From Cuniculiplasma divulgatum (GTDB lineage: Archaea; Thermoplasmatota; Thermoplasmata; Thermoplasmatales; Thermoplasmataceae): a stretch of DNA of 32,000 nt. Both the position numbers and the translations under genes were made by a program. The notes under the pieces were generated by a model. The model saw only the letters and a program-made list of their open reading frames with translations, made no database searches and was not told where the DNA came from. How positions within the stretch are numbered: the stretch's first letter is position 1; each line of letters starts with the position of its first letter. Below are positions 9,834-20,540 of this stretch, one piece after another. Where the stretch lies: assembly GCF_900083515.1 (NCBI RefSeq), contig NZ_LT671858.1, positions 1,860,001 through 1,892,000 on the forward strand, written 5' to 3'.

Positions 9834-12011
9834 TTATAACCTCCATTCAAGAATAAGGCATCCCAGAGGTGGAAGCGTAATCTCTATTGAATTCTCCATA
9901 TTATGCCACCATTTCTTTGATGCTATCACTTTTCCCTCGTTTCCTACTCCTGAGCCACCATAATACTGTGAATCTGAATTGAATATCTCTTTCCATTCTC
10001 CCGATCTGGGTACACCAATTCTGTAATCTTTTCTGATCACAGGGGTACAGTTGAACACAAAAACCAGGAAGTGATCTGATTGCTGATCTCTTCTAATAAA
10101 GGAAAATATACTGCTTTCCCTGTCAGAGTAATCTATCCACTGAAATGCCCCGCCGTTGAAGTCTCCTCTGGCCAGGAAAGAGCGTGAAATGTATATATCA
10201 TTAAGGTCTCTCAATGTTTCCCTTACGCCGTTCATGAATGAATTTGTTTCAGCGTTGTTTATTAACCCTTTTGAAAAATCCCATTCCGAACTTACGGCAA
10301 ATTCGTCTCCCATGAATATCATCTTTTTTCCGGGAAAGGAGAACATATAAGAGTATAGCAATCTGACATTTGCATATTTTTGCCACTCATCACCGGGCAT
10401 TTTCTGAAAGATAGATCCCTTCCCGTAAACAACCTCATCGTGGGACAATGGTAGAATGAATTTTTCTGAAAATGAATACCAGAAGGAGAATGTGATCCTG
10501 TCCTGGTGGTACTTTCTGTAGATGGGATCATATGAAAAATATTCAAGAGTGTCGTGCATCCAGCCCATGTTCCATTTCATGTCAAATCCAAGACCACCAG
10601 ACTCAATTCTTGATGTTACCCCTGGCCAGGAGGTGGACTCTTCTGCAATTAACACTACTCCCGGAAAGGATCTATGAATGTGCTCATTCAGGCTTCTGAA
10701 GAATGCAATCGATTCCAGATTTTCATGACCTCCATAAATATTAGGCTCCCATTCACCATCTTTCCTTGAGTAGTCGAGATAAAGCATTGAAGATACTGCA
10801 TCTATCCTGAGTCCATCACAGTGGTATTCCCTGACCCAGAATGCTGCATTCGAAATGAGAAAATTTATAACGTGTCTCCTTCCAACATCGAAAACATATG
10901 TACCCCAGTCAGGTTGAATTCCTCTCTTTGGGTTCTCATATTCATAAAGATGGCTCCCATCGTAAAGACCCAATCCATAGGAATCCATTGGAAAGTGCGC
11001 TGGAACCCAATCCAGATATACACCAATATTATTCTCATGAAGGGCATTTATCAAATGCTTAAATCCTTCCGGGTTCCCATGTCTGGAGGTTGGCGAATAG
11101 TAATTTACAACCTGATATCCCCATGAATCATCAAGAGGATGCTCCATTACAGGAAGAAATTCTACATAGTTGAACCGGTTCTCCTTGAGATATGGTATGA
11201 GCCTTTTTTCAAGGTCAAGATAGGATGCGTAAAGTGATTCGTCCTCCCTTAGCCATGACCCCAGATGGATTTCATAAACCATAATGGGCTCTACTTCATA
11301 ATTAGTTGAGAATCTTCTTTTCATCCACTCCCTATCATTCCATCTGAATTCATCAATATTAGTTACAGATCCTGTTCTTGGCCTGAGCTCCGTCTTAAAT
11401 GCATATGGATCACTTTTTTCAAGTAAATCCCCATTTCTGGTTCTTATGGCATACTTATAGATTTCATCACCATTTATGTCAGGTATGAATATTGACCATA
11501 TTCCACTATTATCAATGTTCATCATGGGATGGCTTCCTGCAATCCAGTGATTGAAATTACCTATTACTGAAACACAGTTAGCATTTGGCGCGTAAACTGT
11601 GAACATTATACCCTCACATTCTGGAAACTTTATTCGATGAGCTCCCATAAATTCGTATGCTCTGTAACTTTCCCCTGACACGTATGAATATAAATCCTCT
11701 TTTTTCAAATATGGTTCAAAAAAATATGGATTATGCTTCTTTTCTACGTACCCTGAGCTATCCATATAACAAATGAGGATCGATCTAATGGGTTCCGCAG
11801 ATGGAATTGAGAACCTGAAGATGGCGTTATCCTCTGTTTCTGGTTTTATTATTTTGCCTTTCAGTTCTATCCATGCCCTCGATGCATTTGGCAGATAGCA
11901 TTGGAAGGTTCTATTTTCCCCTTCGTTAACAGTGGACAATAATTGATAGGCATCATATAACTTAAATTCTCTTAATAGTTTTAATTTATTTTTTAATTCA
12001 GAAGGATTCAT
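9834..12011 (-). CDS. glgB: 1,4-alpha-glucan branching enzyme, GH13 bacterial type
   Basis: 725 aa. GH13 regions are YLDWVPAHFP, GLRIDAVSSMLY, LIAEESTSWPGVT and LPLSHDEVVYGKGS. Confidence 0.93.
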   Translation of the reverse strand: MNPSELKNKLKLLREFKLYDAYQLLSTVNEGENRTFQCYLPNASRAWIELKGKIIKPETEDNAIFRFSIPSAEPIRSILICYMDSSGYVEKKHNPYFFEPYLKKEDLYSYVSGESYRAYEFMGAHRIKFPECEGIMFTVYAPNANCVSVIGNFNHWIAGSHPMMNIDNSGIWSIFIPDINGDEIYKYAIRTRNGDLLEKSDPYAFKTELRPRTGSVTNIDEFRWNDREWMKRRFSTNYEVEPIMVYEIHLGSWLREDESLYASYLDLEKRLIPYLKENRFNYVEFLPVMEHPLDDSWGYQVVNYYSPTSRHGNPEGFKHLINALHENNIGVYLDWVPAHFPMDSYGLGLYDGSHLYEYENPKRGIQPDWGTYVFDVGRRHVINFLISNAAFWVREYHCDGLRIDAVSSMLYLDYSRKDGEWEPNIYGGHENLESIAFFRSLNEHIHRSFPGVVLIAEESTSWPGVTSRIESGGLGFDMKWNMGWMHDTLEYFSYDPIYRKYHQDRITFSFWYSFSEKFILPLSHDEVVYGKGSIFQKMPGDEWQKYANVRLLYSYMFSFPGKKMIFMGDEFAVSSEWDFSKGLINNAETNSFMNGVRETLRDLNDIYISRSFLARGDFNGGAFQWIDYSDRESSIFSFIRRDQQSDHFLVFVFNCTPVIRKDYRIGVPRSGEWKEIFNSDSQYYGGSGVGNEGKVIASKKWWHNMENSIEITLPPLGCLILEWRL

Positions 12012-12195
12012 TTTGCAACACTTTGATCATGTATGTTATTATTCATATTTATATATGATTTTTCCACATTTATTAAATAGCACTTCTCTCGATTGAGAAT
12101 TATACAGGAAATCTATTAAATCGGCGCCTTATAGTTCTGACTAACAGAACTTTAAAATTACAATAATCATAAATAAGCTTCATAAATATCTGAAT

Positions 12196-13065
12196 ATGAC
12201 AGAAACCAGTAACGGAAATCCAAATTATCAACCGAAGGGAAAGATAAAAATAAACACACCCCCTCCACCCATACAAACGGCTCCACAGGCCTCAACGAAA
12301 TACAAAGGCGTAAAGCATACCATAATGGTTATGAGTGGAAAAGGTGGAGTGGGTAAAAGTACATTTTCAGTTAATATTGCAGTTACTCTGGCAAGAAAGT
12401 ATAGAGTTGGTCTTATCGATGCTGATATCAATGGACCGGATGACCCAAAACTTCTTGGAGTGACTAAAGAGAAGTTATACACTCAGGATGGGGGTATATT
12501 GCCCATAGATTCACCATATGGTGTGAAGGTCATATCAATGGCATTCCTGCTCCCTGATGAAAAAACCGCCGTAATATGGAGAGGGGCACTTAGACATAAG
12601 GCTGTCCAGCAGTTTCTTGAGGACACCATATGGGACAATATAGATTATGGGATTTTAGATTTCCCACCAGGGACTGGTGATGAAGCACTAACGGTTTCAC
12701 AACTTGTACCTCAGGCAGACGGTGTAGTAATTGTGGTAACTCCCCAGGATCTTGCCCTTTTAGATGCGAAAAAAGCCATAAACTTTGCAGAACAGATGCA
12801 TATTAAAGTTCTGGGAATTGTTGAAAATATGAGTGGATTTGCATGTCCACACTGTGGAGAGATTACAGATATTTTCAGATCTGGAGGAGCTGAAGAACTT
12901 GCAAAAGAACTCAATATACCATTTCTTGGTAAGATACCGATCTTCCCTGAAATAGTCCAGAATGGAGATGAGGGGATACCAGCAGTAGAAGCCTCTGAAA
13001 AAGTAAGAGAAGTATACGAAAAAATAGCAGAAAAATTACTGAATCAAATAGAGAGAAAACAGTAA
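12196..13065 (+). CDS. mrp: Mrp/NBP35/ApbC-family Fe-S cluster carrier ATPase
   Basis: Deviant Walker A VMSGKGGVGKST and the GFACPHCGE cysteine motif. A Pro-rich N-terminal extension of about 40 aa precedes the ATPase core. Confidence 0.9.
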   Translation: MTETSNGNPNYQPKGKIKINTPPPPIQTAPQASTKYKGVKHTIMVMSGKGGVGKSTFSVNIAVTLARKYRVGLIDADINGPDDPKLLGVTKEKLYTQDGGILPIDSPYGVKVISMAFLLPDEKTAVIWRGALRHKAVQQFLEDTIWDNIDYGILDFPPGTGDEALTVSQLVPQADGVVIVVTPQDLALLDAKKAINFAEQMHIKVLGIVENMSGFACPHCGEITDIFRSGGAEELAKELNIPFLGKIPIFPEIVQNGDEGIPAVEASEKVREVYEKIAEKLLNQIERKQ

Positions 13066-13291
13066 TCTCTAATTATAATATTTGACAATCTCAAAACCAT
13101 AAATTTTACCATTTAGCATTTTCCCTTAGTTAAAGAATTTACTTAAAACTCATAGAAAAATCACAAAAAAATAAGACATTGTCCTATTCATATAAAATAC
13201 CGTAAGAATGAATATTAACAATTACATAATTTAATGTAACATATTTCAAAAATTTATATTCTCAAATTAACCTAGAATTTTTATTATCTAT

Positions 13292-13297
13292 AAAAAA
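13292..13297 (-). terminator. oligo-T tract (T6 on the rRNA strand) about 20 nt past the 23S processing stem
   Basis: Plus-strand AAAAAA, read directly. Archaeal termination commonly uses oligo-T tracts. No structure is required or claimed. Confidence 0.35.
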
Positions 13298-13317
13298 TAG
13301 GCACTTGGTATGATTAA

Positions 13318-13347
13318 CCAGTTAAGTTCTTTAGCATGGATTGTACA
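13318..13347 (-). repeat. 3' half of the 23S rRNA processing stem (pairs with 16249-16280)
   Basis: On the RNA strand UGUACAAUCCAU..GAAC-UUAACUGG pairs with CCAGUUAA-U-GUUC..AUGGAUUGUGCA. That gives helices of 8, 4 and 12 bp separated by a 1-nt bulge and a 7x6 internal loop. Confidence 0.75.
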
Positions 13348-16248
<2,901 letters not shown>

Positions 16249-16280
16249 TGCACAATCCATTTTACTGGAACATTAACTGG
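16249..16280 (-). repeat. 5' half of the 23S rRNA processing stem (pairs with 13318-13347)
   Basis: See the partner entry. The complementarity was checked base by base. Confidence 0.75.
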
Positions 16281-16426
16281 CTTCATAGATTAACTAATAA
16301 TCTCATACCCTTCCCCTCTGATATCTATTCAAAGAGTGCATCTTTTAGTGCGTATCACTCGTATTAAACGGACCTTTATTAATATTGTGGTAAAGCCATG
16401 ATTTTACCTATTTCTTCTCGTTTGCA

Positions 16427-16434
16427 TTTATATT
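16427..16434 (-). promoter_or_regulatory. candidate TATA box (AATATAAA on the minus strand) for the 23S rRNA transcript
   Basis: An A/T box about 150 nt upstream of the processing stem, in the 200-nt spacer after the phoU-like gene. Other A/T boxes exist in this spacer, so the placement is tentative. Confidence 0.3.
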
Positions 16435-16490
16435 ATTATCCCTGAGTATTGCTGTTCTTTAATTTTCTTACGTTGTTTGTTCCTGAATAT

Positions 16491-17459
16491 TCAGAGTTTA
16501 ATGGTTAGATTCTTGTTTACATATCTATCCATTGTAATTTCAGCTATATCAGTTGAATAGAGGCCAATTCTTGAGATTTCCTCTACTATTCCTGAGTATG
16601 AAACGTCTCCATATTTCTTTTTCATCAGCTGAGCCTTGTTTGCTATTATGTTAGTTTTTACGTTAACTATTTCATTCAACGTTTTTAGGTCGGCGCCGAG
16701 AAATGAGGTAGTAGCTTTTTGGAATACCTCGTAGCAGTACATTATGAACTGCATCAATTCTGATTTCTTTTTCTGATCAAAATTCGGCGAATCCTTGAGT
16801 ATTGTACAAATATTTACTGTATGATCTGCAACCCTTTCCAGTATTCTTGAAAAAATAAGATTGAAAATGGTATCTTTTCCCTCATATTTTCCTATAGAAA
16901 TCTCCTTCATCATATAGAAGTGATATCTGTCTACATCATCGTCCCTGCCAATTATATTTTCCATCAGTTCAGATTCCATACTATCCAGCGCCTTGGCAGT
17001 GTCCCCCAGCATGAGGTTTACGTTCATTATCATTCTTCTTAGAGCAGTGGTGAGAGGAAATGATTCAGAATCCAGGACATTTTGCAGTGTTAGGGCTTTA
17101 GCGGATTCTTCAAAGATTTCTACGCCCATTACCAGTCTTGAGAATTTCTTCACTATATCCTTTATCTCCTGACTTATGTAGCTCTCACTTTTAATTATAA
17201 GAGTGTCAAAACCTGAAATATATAGTGAAACTAGAGTTCTAGGTAAAAGATCGTTTGAAAGATTACCTGTAATTTCAAGTTCTTTTACAACTTCTCTTTT
17301 CTTTCTTTCATTTGGATATAATGTAAGAGAATCGCCCAGTGATTCAATCGTAACTGTACTTCCCTTCTTTATCTGGTTTGCCTTAACCCATGTAGGTGGC
17401 AGTGATACTATATATGTTGAACCTCCTGTTATCTGTATCTTCCTTGATTCAGTAGTCAT
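16491..17459 (-). CDS. AbrB/SpoVT-domain plus PhoU-domain regulator (archaeal phosphate uptake regulator-like)
   Basis: N-terminal swapped-hairpin segment KIQITGGSTYIVSLPPTWVKANQIKKGSTVTIE, followed by two PhoU-like helical repeats (GRDDDVDRYHFYM and SRILERVADHTVNI). Confidence 0.8.
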   Translation of the reverse strand: MTTESRKIQITGGSTYIVSLPPTWVKANQIKKGSTVTIESLGDSLTLYPNERKKREVVKELEITGNLSNDLLPRTLVSLYISGFDTLIIKSESYISQEIKDIVKKFSRLVMGVEIFEESAKALTLQNVLDSESFPLTTALRRMIMNVNLMLGDTAKALDSMESELMENIIGRDDDVDRYHFYMMKEISIGKYEGKDTIFNLIFSRILERVADHTVNICTILKDSPNFDQKKKSELMQFIMYCYEVFQKATTSFLGADLKTLNEIVNVKTNIIANKAQLMKKKYGDVSYSGIVEEISRIGLYSTDIAEITMDRYVNKNLTIKL

Positions 17460-17519
17460 ATGAATCTATATGGAAAATACATATTTAGTTTACCTATATA
17501 GTAATCATAAAAATATATA

Positions 17520-18296
17520 TTATTTTGTCATTCTCTGTGTTAACTTCCTTTTAGAGTTGCTTATGGATTTGCTGAACAGCAGGAATATAATGAAAATCAC
17601 AATTAACAGAGCGTATAGTGGTGTATAATTAAGAAGCAATGAAAGTGCAAAAATGTTTTCAGAATAAACGATTGGACCCCGTACAAATCCCGTTGTAACA
17701 TTGTAGCCCCTGTTTGAATGTGTATAGTTTAGTATTACTTCCACGTAATAATCACCATCGTGCAAATGGTTAAACGTATAATTAACTGCTATTACGCCAT
17801 CACTGGTAGTAACGTTTTGAAGTGAAACCTTACATGTAAGATTTAGAAACTCTCCTGATGAATATGCCATGAAATAAGGCTTATATGAATGACTTGTGTT
17901 CAATCCATAAAATGTTGCGTTTACGCTGTATTGAGAATATACACCAGAATATGGCGATATGTAGACGGAGAAATGCGAATCGTTTGGTGTTTTTCCCTGT
18001 AAAATTCCTGGATTTTCATAGGAAACGGGCGTGAGTATTAGCGTCTGTATGAGGAGTAATAGAACAAATACTGGGATTGCATATTTTAAACGTTTCTTCA
18101 TACCCCATGTGTCGGTGTAATGGGCTGCGATAAAGATAATTATTGGAATTAGAAAAATTATGTAAAGAAGTGCAGTTACGAAGATGAAAATCAAAACTAT
18201 TAGTATCGATGGTACTAAGGCAAGAAGTGGAAATGTTAAAACCCTATTCTTTTTAAGGAAAGTGGATAAAGGCGTTTCATTCTTTTTTGAGCTCAA
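17520..18296 (-). CDS. hypothetical membrane protein with a sequon-rich extracytoplasmic domain
   Basis: Three N-terminal hydrophobic helices, a loop of about 130 aa with 8 N-x-S/T sequons, and a C-terminal TM anchor with a basic tail. The start at 18296 is TTG. The first ATG is at 18101 (MKKRLKYAIPVFVLLLL..) and would give a signal-peptide-like N-terminus. Confidence 0.55.
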   Translation of the reverse strand: MSSKKNETPLSTFLKKNRVLTFPLLALVPSILIVLIFIFVTALLYIIFLIPIIIFIAAHYTDTWGMKKRLKYAIPVFVLLLLIQTLILTPVSYENPGILQGKTPNDSHFSVYISPYSGVYSQYSVNATFYGLNTSHSYKPYFMAYSSGEFLNLTCKVSLQNVTTSDGVIAVNYTFNHLHDGDYYVEVILNYTHSNRGYNVTTGFVRGPIVYSENIFALSLLLNYTPLYALLIVIFIIFLLFSKSISNSKRKLTQRMTK

Positions 18297-18524
18297 CTAT
18301 ATTCAAACGGGTAATGGAAAATTATCATTTTATAGTTTCCCCTTAAATGATGGTAATAGAGAACTACAAAATGTGAAAAGTTAAACTGATTTTTGGATTA
18401 AATAAGTTTGATATTTTTATAGAATTCAAAGACTCTGAGATTATACATAATCAATTTTACGGAATATGATATTACGAAAGGTAATATTTTCTAAAAGTTT
18501 TAACAATAATAATATTACCCAAAT

Positions 18525-19130
18525 ATGAATCATACCTTCATGCTTCCTACAGTTAAGGAGATTTCCAAGATGAGAAAATCTCTTGGAATTAGACAGAGGG
18601 AACTCGCTTCTGTCTGTGGAGTTAGTCAGTCGTATATTGCAAGGCTTGAGAAGGGAGACATAAATCCAACTTATGAAAATATAAGAAAAATCTATAACTA
18701 TCTACAGAGCCATTCGAAGAAGGCAGATCAGATGGATATAGAAGTTTCAAAGATTATGACCACAAATGTTGTAACCTGTCAGGCTACTGATTCTATACTG
18801 ACAACCCTTGATATTCTGAAAAAATATGGCATTTCACAGATGCCTGTGCTAAATTCAGAAATGAGGGTAGTTGGTACAATAGGAGAGGGTGAAGTCAATG
18901 AATTTCTTATGAAAGGGATTTCCCCAGATGCTTTAAAAAAGATGACAGTATCAAAGATTATGAGCCCCGCACTTCCTCAACTTCCTCCAAACACTCCCAT
19001 ATCTGCTATTTATCCAATACTGAGATTCTCCAATGCAGTACTGATAACTGACAAGCTTGAATTAAAAGGCATAATAACCAAGGCTGATATACTGAAGGCT
19101 GTAGAGACATATGCAGAATCTGGCATTTAA
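18525..19130 (+). CDS. XRE-type HTH plus tandem CBS-domain transcriptional regulator
   Basis: HTH segment LGIRQRELASVCGVSQSYIARLEKGDINP, followed by two CBS repeats (IMTTNVVTCQ..ISQMPVL and IMSPALPQL..AVLITD..LKGIITKADIL). Confidence 0.85.
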   Translation: MNHTFMLPTVKEISKMRKSLGIRQRELASVCGVSQSYIARLEKGDINPTYENIRKIYNYLQSHSKKADQMDIEVSKIMTTNVVTCQATDSILTTLDILKKYGISQMPVLNSEMRVVGTIGEGEVNEFLMKGISPDALKKMTVSKIMSPALPQLPPNTPISAIYPILRFSNAVLITDKLELKGIITKADILKAVETYAESGI

Positions 19131-19665
19131 CATCCTTGCAGGATTATTTGCCTTTATTCCGGCACTGGTTGCCAATCCAGGTGCAGTTATCACAGGAGGA
19201 AAAGGCAGAATGGATTTTGGGAGGAATTTCATAGATGGAAGGAGAATATTTGGAGATGGAAAGAGTATAAGTGGATATTTTGGTGGAATATTGATTGGTT
19301 TCATTTCTGGAATAATAATTCTCCCAATCCTTTCTATTGCAGGACTATTTCAGTTCCAGGTTTCATTTGAAACTATGATAATTGCCTCAGTTAGTCTGGC
19401 ATGGGGGTCACTAACAGGTGATCTAGTAGGATCATTCATAAAGAGGAGAAAGAATATGAAAAGTGGAGAAAAGGGTAATCTTCTGGATATGTGGCCATTC
19501 GTTATCTTCGCTTTCCTATTCCTGTTTCTATTTTCGAGATCTTTCTTCTTATCGCTCTATGGAAATTTTATAGATATTGTGATAATACTTGTAATAACAC
19601 CACTTTTGCACAGGGGTGTAAATATACTTGCTTATAAGATGCATAGGAAGGATGTTCCATGGTAG
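19111..19665 (+). CDS. carS: CDP-archaeol synthase (CarS, DUF46 family)
   Basis: Polytopic membrane protein. LVANPGAVITGG and DGRRIFGDGKSISGYFGG match the conserved CarS cytoplasmic loops. It overlaps the upstream regulator by 20 nt. Confidence 0.8.
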   Translation: MQNLAFNILAGLFAFIPALVANPGAVITGGKGRMDFGRNFIDGRRIFGDGKSISGYFGGILIGFISGIIILPILSIAGLFQFQVSFETMIIASVSLAWGSLTGDLVGSFIKRRKNMKSGEKGNLLDMWPFVIFAFLFLFLFSRSFFLSLYGNFIDIVIILVITPLLHRGVNILAYKMHRKDVPW

Positions 19666-20018
19666 AAGAAATGAAGATGATAATTGGCGTGAGAAAAGAT
19701 CTTGACATGGGGAAGGGGAAGATAGCAGCTCAGGCTTCACATGCTGCTGTAAATTGCGCTCTCTGGGCTCAAAAAAATAACAAAAAAGTGTTCAGAGAAT
19801 GGGAATCCCAGGGACAAAAAAAGATAGTGATAAGACTGCAGAATCTTGAGGAACTTTATAAACTAAAGGCAGAATGCGAAAATATTGGTCTAAATACCTC
19901 AGTAATATCAGATGCTGGTTATACACAGGTTGATCCTGGCAGTACAACATGTATAGGGATTGGCCCTGCTCCAGCTGATGTAATTGATAAAATTACATCC
20001 GAATATCCCTTGCTTTAA
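19659..20018 (+). CDS. pth2: peptidyl-tRNA hydrolase, archaeal/eukaryotic Pth2 type
   Basis: GKGKIAAQASHAAV and QVDPGSTTCIGIGP motifs. ATG 19659 overlaps the carS stop (ATGGTAG). The family-typical N-terminus MKMIIGVRKDL would start at 19671. Confidence 0.9.
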   Translation: MVEEMKMIIGVRKDLDMGKGKIAAQASHAAVNCALWAQKNNKKVFREWESQGQKKIVIRLQNLEELYKLKAECENIGLNTSVISDAGYTQVDPGSTTCIGIGPAPADVIDKITSEYPLL

Positions 20019-20539
20019 CCCCTTTTATTTTCATTCTCTGTTATGGCATATCGGGTTATCCAGTGCCCACATATGCTGCATTTATCCAGTCTTTTAGTAT
20101 ATTTTGTACCGCAACCTCTGCAAAGATATCCCCATCTTATACTCTTTTTGATAGCCTCTATGCCGCATCCATAATATTCTATGCTCATTTCTGAACATAC
20201 ATTTTGAAGGGAATAATCATCAGAAATAACAACCCCACCATATTCCTTTGCTATTGCAATGATTTCCATATCAGTTTGGCTCAGATATGGAAAGTCTCCA
20301 GTCTTTTTTGAAGCTTCCCTAACCTGTTCCATATATTCCTGCCCGGGAGAAGCGGTTCGTATGATATTTAGATCATGCCCAATGACCCTGCTCATTTTAC
20401 CATGCTTGATCTCTCCTATAACGCTTGTTGGGACAATGCAATTCATTGACAGAATCTCTATTTTTCCTGTTAATATGGCTGAGGTGTCCGGAATTATGAG
20501 CTTTTCACCGAGATTTATTCTCTCCTTTTTTACTGCCAT
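20015..20539 (-). CDS. nob1: PIN-domain plus zinc-ribbon endonuclease (Nob1-like, 16S rRNA 3'-end maturation)
   Basis: N-terminal IIPDTSAIL, a VISDDYSLQNV acidic PIN motif and a C-terminal CRGCG..CSICGH ribbon. The domain order and size fit archaeal Nob1. Confidence 0.75.
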   Translation of the reverse strand: MAVKKERINLGEKLIIPDTSAILTGKIEILSMNCIVPTSVIGEIKHGKMSRVIGHDLNIIRTASPGQEYMEQVREASKKTGDFPYLSQTDMEIIAIAKEYGGVVISDDYSLQNVCSEMSIEYYGCGIEAIKKSIRWGYLCRGCGTKYTKRLDKCSICGHWITRYAITENENKRG

Positions 20540-20540
20540 T

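Noticed and set aside
13066-13317. 250-nt ORF-free AT-rich spacer as a possible replication origin
   Set aside because: I found no repeated ORB-like elements or long inverted repeats, and no orc1/cdc6 gene nearby. It is simply the convergent 3' region of mrp and the 23S gene.
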